Positions 39,296 through 49,978 of a stretch of DNA of 64,000 bases are shown one piece after another (positions within the stretch are counted from its first letter, which is position 1; every line of letters starts with the position of its first letter). The notes beneath the pieces are model-generated. The model was given only the letters and a program-made list of their open reading frames with translations, was not told where the DNA came from and did not search any database. The DNA is taken from NCBI GenBank assembly GCA_965222855.1, contig CBDCUL010000012.1, forward strand, positions 5,367 through 69,366, read 5' to 3'. Source of the stretch: Mycoplasmatales bacterium (GTDB lineage Bacteria; Bacillota_I; Bacilli_A; Mycoplasmatales; JABABV01). A program made the position numbers and the translations under genes.

Positions 39296-39670
39296 ATGAA
39301 AAATTGAAAAGATCGCCAAAATTTAGTTTCTGCAACTGTATTGAATATTGTCTTAAGTGTGATAGCTTTAATGTATATTGTCATTAATTTACACGATTCA
39401 TATACAAAAGAACATAGTAGTTTATTTTGAACTTGGTCTTTACCAGTAATGACTACTGTCATAGCAATATCATCAAACATTTTAATATTTATATTTTTAA
39501 TATATAAAACAAAACGACTTTTTAATATTGATACTAAAATATTTAAAAATCAATTAAAATATATATTATTATTATCATTAATTATTATTACTTTAGGAAC
39601 TGTGGGATTAGTTATGGCAATTTTGTGTTATAAAAAAGAACACCAATTACTATTAAAGTCGCATTTATAA
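39296..39670 (+). CDS. hypothetical 3-TM membrane protein (124 aa)
   Basis: ATG at 39296 follows an AAGGAG RBS and is in frame with track ORF 39449..39670 through TGA codons. A terminator hairpin lies at 39721-39752. Confidence 0.65.
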
Positions 39671-39986
39671 AAATCATTATTTAAAAAATAACTTATAAAA
39701 TTAATCAACTATTTAATTTAAAAACACCCTAATTAATAATTGGGGTGTTTTTAATTAATCTACTAAAATATTCCTAATTATCATAACTTTAATCACTATT
39801 TAGAAATATTAATTTCTATTATAAAATAAAAATTACTTGTATTTTATAAGAAAAAGTTTTAAGATAATATTTAATTGATTAAACTAATAAAATAATTAGA
39901 AAAGAGGTTAAAAATTCTATAAAAAATAAAACAGTTATAATTTAAAAACTATTAATTATCACAATAAAGAAAAAAGAGGGATTAAA

Positions 39987-40883
39987 ATGTCAGATATTAA
40001 TTTAAGAAAAATAAATACTGAAAATATTAATAATACAACTAAAAATATTGATCAATTATCAACTTTAGAAATGGTTGATTTAATTAATCAAGAAGATCAT
40101 AAACCAGCTTTAGCTATTGCTAAAGTATTGCCGGCGATTGCTCAAGTAATTGATGTTGCAGTTAATATTTTGAAAAATGATGGACGCATCGTTTATATTG
40201 GCGCTGGAACTAGTGGTCGAGTTGGTGTGATGGATGCTAGTGAAATGGAACCAACTTACAATATTAGTGCTGATCGCGTGATTGGTGTTATGGCTGGCGG
40301 AGTTGAAGCTTTGTATAAATCATTAGAAGCAGTTGAAGATGACCCAGAAGTCGCAATTAAAGATTTAGAAAAAATTAACTTTAATCAAAGAGACCTTTTA
40401 ATTGGGGTAGCTGCTAGTGGTCGCACGCCTTATGTTGTAAGCGCTCTTAAATATGCTAATAATCTTAATGCCAAAACTGTTGGTTTAGCCAACAGTTTGG
40501 ATAGTGAAATTGGTGAAATTGCTAATTACAAAATTGAAGTCCCAGTTGGTGGCGAAGTTGTGACTGGTTCAACTAGAATGAAAGCTGGAACAACCCAAAA
40601 GATGATTCTCAATATGATATCAACTGGTTCGATGATTAAAATTGGTAAAGTTTATCATAATTTAATGGTTGATATTAAAATTGGTAATTTAAAATTACGC
40701 TCACGTGCTCACAAAATAATTAAAGAAATTACCCAAGCAGATTTGGAAGTTATTGAAAAAACTTTAATTAATAGTGATGATAATGTCAAAGTTGCAATCG
40801 TGATGATTCTTAAGCAAGTTGACAAAATTAAAGCTAATCAATTAATATTAGCAGCTCAGGGAATGTTGCGTGAAATTATTTAA
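39987..40883 (+). CDS. murQ: N-acetylmuramic acid 6-phosphate etherase (SIS domain)
   Basis: 298-aa intact ORF with IVYIGAGTSGRVGVMDASEMEPTY, AASGRTPYV and TGSTRMKAGTTQKM motifs. Confidence 0.85.
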   Translation: MSDINLRKINTENINNTTKNIDQLSTLEMVDLINQEDHKPALAIAKVLPAIAQVIDVAVNILKNDGRIVYIGAGTSGRVGVMDASEMEPTYNISADRVIGVMAGGVEALYKSLEAVEDDPEVAIKDLEKINFNQRDLLIGVAASGRTPYVVSALKYANNLNAKTVGLANSLDSEIGEIANYKIEVPVGGEVVTGSTRMKAGTTQKMILNMISTGSMIKIGKVYHNLMVDIKIGNLKLRSRAHKIIKEITQADLEVIEKTLINSDDNVKVAIVMILKQVDKIKANQLILAAQGMLREII

Positions 40884-41094
40884 TTTTGTTTAATAAAACT
40901 CAAAAATCATTAATAAAAATAAAAAAATAATCATTAATAATAATGGTTATTTTTTATATAATATGCGAAGTCTCTTAAAATATATAATTATTTTAATTTA
41001 TAAAAGTTGTAATTTTATTAATAGCAGCTAATCGTTTAATATTAAAAATGAAGTATAATTATATATATATAAGATATAAGAAGGAGTGCAAATA

Positions 41095-42252
41095 ATGAAA
41101 AAGTTATCAATTAAAATTTTATCATCAATGATAGCTATTAGCTCAATTGCATCTTTAAGTGGTAGTTTAGTTGCTTGTCATAAAAACTCAACTCCAGAAA
41201 AAAATACTTGAGATGATTTTAAAGCATTGGCAAAACAAGAAACCGCACCAAGCTTAAAAGCAATTATTAATCATAATGATTTAAATCTTTATCATTGAAA
41301 AACTAATGATATTGCTATTTTTAGCGCAGGGGGGGTAATCACTCCTTCTGAGAAGGCAGAAACACTTAGTGCAACAATCATCATTGCAAATCCTAGTGCT
41401 CCAGATTTAAAATGACCAATTAATTTAAAAATTTCTTATAATAAAGGTGAAGTTTATACTATTAATAATTGATCTTGGTCCCAAGATCATAGTATTAATA
41501 GTTGAGACTCATTTAAAAATAAAGCTATGGGTCAATCAGCAAGTGATTTATTAGCACTAATTAAACCATGAAATGACACAAAAAAATATCTCTGAACTTA
41601 TGGAGTGCAATCACAAATTACTTGATCTAAAACTGATCAAGCTGAATTTGATACTTTTGGTAATTTAACAACTCAAGATAAATATTTGGGAATGCAGGGT
41701 AAACCAAAAGTTGATAATATAAAGGAACATACTATAACAGCAATCATTTCTAAAAAAGGTAAAAATGGGGCTTATGATTCTGATCCGATAAAAGCAACTG
41801 CAACTTATACTATTGATCGCGCTTATCAAAATAGTGATTGAGTTTTTTCTAAAGATATTCAATTACAATCACTTGCAATGATTCAAAAAAATTATAATGA
41901 TGAAATCGCGCTTATTAAAGCTAATTTTGATAATTTTGGCAAAAATAATTGAGTTACTTATAGCGTTAATCCCACAAACAACCAAAACCAAAGAGCAATT
42001 CAGCATTCAATTCTTTTTGATGAGTCTCTAAATGATGCTGGTTATGATTATCATAGCGATAATGCTTTTGATGAATCATTTAATTTTAGTAATATAGCAA
42101 ATGGTTTACAATCAAAAATAATTATTAATTTTCAATATAAAAATGCAATTCACCAATTATCATTGTATTTTGATTATACGTTTTTTAATAAAGAAGATAT
42201 TAATGATGGTTTAAGCACTTTTAATTATACTTGATCAGGAATAGTTGACTAA
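41095..42252 (+). CDS. Trp-rich repeat lipoprotein (family member 1, 385 aa)
   Basis: AAGGAG RBS. The signal is MKKLSIKILSSMIAISSIASLSGSLVACHK. There are about 20 in-frame TGA codons at repeat-conserved Trp positions (TWDDFKALAKQE..., SWDSFKNKAMGQ...). Stop is TAA at 42250-42252. Confidence 0.8.
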
Positions 42253-42288
42253 CTATTAATACTAACTTAATTACAAGGAGAAAATCTC

Positions 42289-42648
42289 ATGAATCAAAAA
42301 ACACAAAAATTACCGAAAGATAATCACAAAATTAATTTTAAAGAATATCGCATCTTAGCAACAGCCGGTGATATTGAAATGATGAAAAAAAACTTAAAAC
42401 CACATATTTGGGAAAACATTCCTTTCATTGGTTGTTTATGTTATATTATTAGAATGACTTTAAAGAATAGTAATATTGATCGTGGCCCATTACGTCGTGA
42501 AATGGTTAAATATCGCTTAATATTAATGGCATCAACATTATTAATTTGAGGTGACTTAATTTTATTTGTTACTCCATGATTATTATATTTACCAATTAAA
42601 TTAGCAGTTAATAAAGTTCAAAGTCAATTAGATAATAACGAAATTTAA
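42289..42648 (+). CDS. 119-aa two-helix membrane protein (cassette partner 1)
   Basis: Track ORF 42289..42549 extends through two TGA codons to TAA at 42646-42648. A terminator lies at 42667-42698. Confidence 0.75.
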
Positions 42649-42801
42649 TTGATGATTATCTAAATAAAAAAACAAAGAATTAAATTTCTTTGTTTTTTAA
42701 TAATCAGATCTAACTTATTAGTGAATAGTAAATCAATAGTTTGTTATTAAAAATAAAGTATAATTATATTATATATAAGGCTTAATAAGGAGTGTCAAAT
42801 A

Positions 42802-43953
42802 ATGAAAAAGTTATCAATTAAAATTTTATCATCAATGATAGCTATTAGTTCTATTGCTTCTTTAAGTAGTAGTGTAGTTGCTTGTCATAAAAACTCAACT
42901 CCATCAAAAAATAGTTGAGCAGCTTTTAAAGTATGGGCACAACATGAAACTGCGCCCAACTTAAAAGCAATTATTAATATTAATGATTTAAATTCTTATC
43001 ATTGAAAAACTAGTGATGTTGCTGCTTTTAGTAAAAATGGCGCTCCTAGTGTTTCTGATAATGATCAATCACTTAGCGCAACAATCATCATCGCAAATCC
43101 TAGTGCCTCAGATTTAAAATGACCAATTAATTTAAAAATTGCTTATACTAAAGGTAAAGTTTATGCCATTCGTGATTGAACTTGATCACAAGATCCAACT
43201 ATTAATACTTGGGCCACATTTAAAAATAAGGCTCTTAGTGAATTAGCTAGTAATTTATTAGCACAACTACAACCTTGAAATGACGTAAAAAAATATCTCT
43301 GAACTTATGGTATTCAATCACAAATTACTTGGGCCAAAACTGATCAAGCTGAATTTGATACTTTTGGTAATTTAACAGCGCAAGATAAATACTTAGGTAT
43401 GGCAGGTAAGCCAGAAGCTCATAATATGGAGCGCACAATCACAGCAATCATTTCTAAAAAAGGTAAAAATGGTGCTTATGATTCTGATCCGATAAAAGCA
43501 ATTATTACTTATCATCTTAATCGAGGTTACGAAATTAGTAATTGAGTTTTTTCAAAAGATATTCAACTACAATCATTTGCCAGAATTAAAAAAAGTTATA
43601 ATGATGATGCTGCTCTTTTAAAATCTAGTTATAATAAATTTACTGCAATTAATTGAGTGACTTTAAACAAAGATCCTGTATCAGACCAAAAAGCAATTCA
43701 TCATTCAATCAGTATTGATGATTCACTTAATCACGCTAATTTTAGCAACCATAATACTGATGCTTTCTATATGGCAACTGGGTTTTTAAATATTTCAGAC
43801 GGATTGCAAAGTAAAATTGTTATCAGTTTTAATTGTCAAGGCATCCCTCACTATTTATCTCTTTTTTTTAATTATACATTTTTTAATAACAAAGATATCG
43901 ATGGTGGTTTAACAGCTTTTAATCGAACTTGAAGTGGTAAAGTTACTATTTAG
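42802..43953 (+). CDS. Trp-rich repeat lipoprotein (family member 2, 383 aa)
   Basis: The RBS, signal and architecture are near-identical to 41095-42252. It is in frame with track ORF 43657..43932. Stop is TAG at 43951-43953. Confidence 0.8.
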
Positions 43954-44084
43954 TGATTAGTGATTATTAAACTTATTTTTAATTTTTGATAACTATATTA
44001 AATAATGCTTGTTATTAAACTAATTGATTTTTATAAAATACTATTATATAATTAATAATAAATTAAAAATAAGGAGTGATCGTA

Positions 44085-44444
44085 ATGGAATCAAAAAATT
44101 ATCAAGAAGTTGTCGAAAATAATGATATTGATTTTGCAACAGAACGAATTCTTAGAACCACTGGCGATATTGAAATGATGCGCGAAAACTTAAAACCTTA
44201 TATCTGAGAAAATATTCCACTACTTGGTTGTTATTGTTATATTTTTAGAATATTTTTTAAAGAATTTAGTATGGATCGTAAACGACCGCTACGTCGTGAA
44301 ATACATAAAACTCGCGTTGCTTTTATGTTTATAACAATGTTTTTATGAAGTGTTATCGTGATGTTTACTCCATGATTATTATATTTAACAATTAAATCAG
44401 CAGTTGATGAAGTCCAAATTAAATTAGACAATAACAAAATTTAG
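44085..44444 (+). CDS. 119-aa two-helix membrane protein (cassette partner 2)
   Basis: AAGGAG RBS. MESKNYQEVVENNDIDFATERILRTTGDIEMMRENLKPYIWENIPLLGCYCYIF... is colinear with the 42289-42648 product. A terminator lies at 44461-44493. Confidence 0.75.
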
Positions 44445-44539
44445 TAATAATTAGCTCACTAAAAAAACAAAGAATTTTAATTCTTTGTTTTTTAATTTTA
44501 ATAATTTATAATCCAATATTATAATAATAATCTGTCTTA

Positions 44540-46336
44540 TTATTTAATTTCACTTGTATATAATCCTGAAGCGTTTTCTTTAATAAAGACATGTGTCCCA
44601 TCAGTGCTTAAACTATCCATTTGTGCTGCTTTTAGTTTAGTGCTAAGATTGAAATAATCTAGTCCGAAACCAGCAGATGTATATAATCCTTTATTAGTAA
44701 TCGCATAAAGAGTATCATGCATAGCTACTACATTTAAAACTGAAATTGTTTTACCTAAAGTATCGTTAATTTTAAAATTAACTGATTTAGCCTTTGGACT
44801 AATATAAATGCCAGTGTTAGTACTTAAATAAATTTCGTTATTAATACTTGAAATATTATATGCTTTATCTGCGGCAGTTGCCGGTGCTCAGGCTAGGCTA
44901 GATGTATCGTCCCCATCGACTGCACCAGTATAAAGTGCATGTAATCCTGCTTTGACACCATAAGACGCAGCATCAATATACACATAACTATTACCATCTA
45001 TATATTTCATTCAAGAAATTGTTACATCTTTTCCATCTTCTAAATTTGAAAAGCCGGTGAATTTTGAAAAAACAGTTCCATCATCATCTTTTCCGGCACT
45101 ATTAACTGGGTTACGTCATAGTCCATTTTCTTTTGTCGCAGCTCAAATTTTACCATTCATAAATTCTAATTTGGTAATATTTAATGCTCCGGGACCATTA
45201 ATATAAGTAGCCAATAGTCATTTATTGCCTGCTCCTGCTGATTTGAATATACCTGTAGTTGTTCCAAGATATATTTTATCATTAAGAGCTACTATCGAAG
45301 TCATAATGATTGATCTACTAATAAAGCTTGGATCAATTGTAAAAAATATTGCTGGTGTTCCCGGAGTAATAATAGCTGAAATTAAACCTATGTCAGCATT
45401 AGGCGCTGTCCCACTAACTGGTGTTGTTGCAACAAAAATGTTACTGTGGCCTTGTTCAACAATACCAATAACTTTAGTTGCGCTATCGATTGTAAGGTTA
45501 TCATTCATTTTTACTTTTGTAAAAGTTTTATCGTCAGTCGAACTTCAAAGTCCACCAACTCCACCAACATAAACTGTGCCCTCAATTGTTTTTGTAACAT
45601 AATCTTTTGCTGTCCCTGTTTGAGCACCAGGTAAGACTATTTGTGAAAAGTCTAAATCATCTTTATTAGTTGCTGATGCCCCGTTAGCGCTTCAATCTAT
45701 TGTTTGGTATGTTCGATTAAGTGTATAAGTAGCAGTGAAAACTGCTTTTTGGCTTTGTTTCCGATCAGCAACTGTTAGAGTTACTGTGTGGTTAGCGTTT
45801 TTAACTAATGCACTAATAACTTTAAATCCATCATCGTTTTTTCAACCTGATTGACTTGGAGTTGCTTTAGTCGCAATATCATTACCTGCACCATCTATAA
45901 TAATAGCCTTTTGAATGTCACTGATAAATTGTGCTTCAGTATGAGTTTGTCCATCATCATTTGCAGGTTGAATAATACATTTTCATACATCAACTTTATA
46001 AGTTTGACCTTTTGTATAAGTAGCTGTGAAAGTTGCTTTTTCATTTGAAGACTTAAAATCAATTACCATTGTCACAACTGTTTTAGTTGCTGATACATTT
46101 GTTGTTAAAGTGCTAGCTGGATTTAATCAACCATTTCAAGCTTGTGCTTTTGGGCTAGCGTTTTTAATAACATTAGTTGCACTTTCGGCTTTCGCTGATT
46201 TAAGAAAATTAGCAAGTGTGTGATCGACAGCATCTTTTTTAGAACATGATGTTACAATACTGCTCCCAAAACTAAGTAAACTAACGGCTCCTAATGAACC
46301 GGTTAGTAATTTAACTAATCGCAATTTTTTAATCAT
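44540..46336 (-). CDS. beta-propeller lipoprotein with Asp-box-like repeats (copy 1, 598 aa)
   Basis: Track ORFs 46136..46336, 45218..45508 and 44540..44722 are in one frame. The signal is MIKKLRLVKLLTGSLGAVSLLSFGSSIVTSCSKK. The C-terminal about 380 aa has 7-8 repeats of x-Y-x-G/S-T-x-x-G-(L/I)-(Y/W/F)-x-S, plus STDDKTF and STDGTHVF. Confidence 0.85.
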
Positions 46337-46552
46337 AATCTACTCCTTATATAAAATTTCGTTAATAATAAATATCATTTTAATTTAATAATTGGTTATT
46401 TTTTCAGTAGGTTTATCTTCATTACATTTAACAAAAATCCCTAATGTAATCTTTAAAATTATTACAAAATATGACTTTTATTAAAGAATATATAGCACTA
46501 TTTAAAAATTAAAATAATTAAAAAAATAACTCCTATTCTAAGTCAAAACTTT

Positions 46553-46574
46553 TATATATATATATATATATATA
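46553..46574. repeat. (TA)11 microsatellite
   Basis: Counted directly. It sits inside the conserved noncoding element about 220 nt upstream of the 46336 start. Confidence 0.7.
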
Positions 46575-46777
46575 ATAACATTTAATTAAGTAAAAGAATA
46601 TTACTCATTTTAACTACTATTTTTAATTTGCTATTAAAGTCTGAAGTATAATTAATATATCTCGTTGTTATTTAAAGATGATTATAATTGATAGTGATTT
46701 ATTTCTAAATTCCATTATTAACTTTACATCTTAAATTAACTATATAACTATCATGTGATTCATTAAACATAAAAATC

Positions 46778-46946
46778 CAAAACTTTATATCTGGGGAAGT
46801 ATTCCACTAATTGGTTGTTATTGTTATATTTTTAGAATATTTTTTAAATAATTTAGGATTAATCGTAACGACTACTACGTCGTGAAATAGTTAAAAAATA
46901 GCAGTTGATGAAGTCCAAATTAAATTAGACAATAACAAAAATTTAG
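46778..46946 (+). pseudogene. decayed, internally deleted copy of the 119-aa membrane-protein gene
   Basis: Aligns with 44195-44280 and 44400-44444 of the intact gene. It lacks the 5' third and the second helix. The same terminator sequence follows it. Confidence 0.75.
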
Positions 46947-47052
46947 TAATAATTAGCTCACTAAAAAAACAAAGAATTAAAATTCTTTGTTTTTTAATTT
47001 TAATAATTTATAATAAAACATTCGAATAATTTTTTTAAAATCATAAGATAAA

Positions 47053-48834
47053 TTATGATTTAATTTCAGATGTATATAATCCTAAACCAGTTTCATGGAT
47101 AAAGACATGTGTTCCATCAGTGCTTATACGATCCATTTTTGTTGATTGTATTTTCGTAGTAAGGTTAAAATTATCAAAGTCGTAACCAGCTGATGTATAT
47201 AATCCTTTATTAGTAATAGCATAAAGAGTATCATGCATAATTACTACATTTGAAACCGAAATTGTTTTACCTAAATTCTCATCAATTTTTAAGTTTAGTG
47301 ATGCAGCTATTGGACTAACATAAAGTCCAACGTTAGTACTTAAATAAATTATGTTACCAATAGTTGAAATATTGTATGCTTCATCTTTGGCAGTTGGTGG
47401 TGTTCATATTCTAACTGCTCCATCATTTCCATCGTCTTTACCAGTATGAAGCACATATAATCCTGCTGCTGCTGCAGGGCTAGCTATATATGCATAACTA
47501 TTATTAGATGTATATTTCATTCAAGAAATTTTTATATCTCCTAAATTTTTAAATTCAAAATTTGAAAAAACAGTTCCATTATCATCTTTTCCTGGCTGGT
47601 TAACTGGACTACGTCATATCCCATTTTTTTCTGTGGTAGCTCAAATTTTACCATTCATAAATTGTAATTTAGTAATATTATAATTTGAAGCCCCGCCAAA
47701 ATTAGTTGTTAGTCATTTATTACCTGCTCCTGCTGATTTGAATATACCTGTAGTTGTTCCAACATATACTTTCTCCTTGTAAGCAGCTATCGAAGTCATA
47801 ATTAATGAGTGACTAAAATAATCACCAGCAATTGAAGAAAATATTAATGGCGTACCTGGAGTAACTACAGCTGAAAGTAAACCTATATTAGGATCGGGTT
47901 TAGCTCCGCCAACTGGTGCTGTTGCAACAAAAACGTTTTTTTGTTGTTCGGATCCTTGCTCAACAATACCAATAACTTTAGTAGCATTAGTCATTGGGTC
48001 ACTATTCATTTTTACTTTTGTAAAAGTTTTATCATCAGTTGAACTTCAAAGTCCACCAACTCCTCCGACATAGACTACGCCAGCAATTGTTTGTGTAACA
48101 TAATCATTTTCTGTACCTGATTCAACACCAGGTAAGACTATTTTTGAAAAGTCTAAATCATCTTTACTAATCGATGATGCTCCGTTGGCACTTCAATCTA
48201 TTGTTTGATATGTTCGATTAGATGTATAAGTAGCAGTATAAACTGCTTTTTGAGTTTGTTTACGATCGGCAATTGTCACTGTGACTGTGTGGTCATTGTT
48301 TATTACTAATGCCCCAATAACTTTAAAGCCATCATCACTTTTTCAACCTGATTGACTTGGAGTTGCTTTAGTCGCAATATCATTACCTGCACCCTTTATC
48401 AAAACAGCATTTTGAGCATCAGCTCTAAATTGTAATTCAGTATGAATTTTACCGTCATTGTTCTTAGGTTGGTCATAACATTTTCATACATCAACTTTAT
48501 AAGCTTCGCCTTTCGTATAAGTTGCTCTGAAAGTAGCTATTTCATTTGAAGATTTAAAATTAATTACCATTATCACAATCATTTTGTTTGTTGATACTTC
48601 TTTTGTGAAAACACTTGTTGCATTTACTCAACCAGCTCAACCTTGCGCTTTTATACTAGCGTTTTTAATAACATTAGCGGCACTTTCCGCTTTAGCTGAT
48701 TTAATAAATTGAGCAAGTGAATGGTTATCGGCTTTTTTTGAACATGATGTTACAATACCGCTTCCAAAACTAAGTAAACTAACAGCTCCTAATGAACCAG
48801 TTAATACTTTAACTAATCGTAATTTTTTAATCAT
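47053..48834 (-). CDS. beta-propeller lipoprotein with Asp-box-like repeats (copy 2, 593 aa)
   Basis: Track ORFs 48637..48834, 47713..48009 and 47053..47238 are in one frame. It is a paralog of copy 1. Confidence 0.85.
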
Positions 48835-49061
48835 AATCTACTCCTTATATAAAATTTTGTTAATAATAAATATTATTTTAATTTAATAATTGGTTATTTT
48901 GGTTATTTTTTTCAGTAGGTTTATCTTCATTACATTTAACAAAAGTCCTTAATATAATCTTTAAAAATTATTACAAAAGATAACTTTTATTAAAGAATAT
49001 ATAGCACTATTTAAAAATTAAAATAATTAAAAAAATAACTCCTATTCTAAGTCAAAACTTT

Positions 49062-49081
49062 TATATATATATATATATATA
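49062..49081. repeat. (TA)10 microsatellite
   Basis: Same position in duplication unit 2 as the (TA)11 in unit 1. The flanks are identical. Confidence 0.7.
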
Positions 49082-49301
49082 ATAACATTTAATTAAGTAA
49101 AAGAATATTACTCATTTTAACTACGTTTTTCAATTTCATTATTAATTTTAGATCTTAAATCAATTATATAACTATCTTGTTGTTCATGAAACATAAAAAA
49201 ACCCAAAACTTGTAATCAAGTTTTGGGATATACAATAAATTAATTATAATACTTTAAATTTATTAATATTAATATTTCTAAAAATTATTATTATTATTTA
49301 A

Positions 49302-49964
49302 TTATTTTAAAAATGCTATGATTCTATTAATTGTTTTAATCAGTGGTTGTTCTATTTTTTTTGCTAGTATTTTAATTTTTGGAATCAATCGAAGTGCAAC
49401 AAAAAATAACAAAATATTAATAATATAAATAAATATATAATCAAAAAAAGAAATTAATTGCAATTTTTCCCATTTATCAATTTTGAAAGAATTAAATAAT
49501 ATTGGTCAAGCAATAAATTGTGTTATTAATAATGTTATTATTGTAAAAATAATAGCCATAAAGATATATACCAATACTAATATAAATCTTGGTGTATTTT
49601 TGTTATTATATTTTTTAAAGTGTTTATTATTTAGAATTCATCAACTACTAATGAATAATATAGCTGATTGAAAATATGCAATTCCAAAATCTCAATTTCC
49701 ATAAATCAAGATAATCATTATAGAATTTAAAATAGATATTATAAAAGCAAATTTATAGTCAATATAATACAGAGTAATTAAGACTATAAAAAAGCTTATA
49801 TCGGAAGGTAGAATATTAGGATTAAAATTATTAAGTAAAAATTCTGAAAAAAATATAATTATTAATGATAATACGAATAAAATTAGTAAATATATTATTT
49901 TATAAATAATTTTATTTTTCTGATTTAACTTTTCAATTTGGTATTCTAAAGAATTATTATTCAT
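49302..49964 (-). CDS. hypothetical polytopic membrane protein (about 220 aa)
   Basis: Track ORF 49692..49979 extends through TGA codons to TAA at 49302-49304. The preferred start is ATG 49964 behind AAGGTGA. Its 5' end abuts or overlaps the stop of the upstream pseudogene. Confidence 0.65.
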
Positions 49965-49978
49965 AAAATCACCTTTCA

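Larger units (their letters stand above)
44446..46777. repeat. tandem duplication unit 1 (terminator + beta-propeller lipoprotein gene + 5' noncoding region)
   Basis: Colinear with 46947-49225. The flanking terminator and upstream noncoding sequence are near-identical, while the coding sequence is clearly more diverged. Confidence 0.8.
46947..49225. repeat. tandem duplication unit 2
   Basis: See 44446-46777. It ends at the cccaaaactt / aagttttggg hairpin (49197-49225). Confidence 0.8.
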
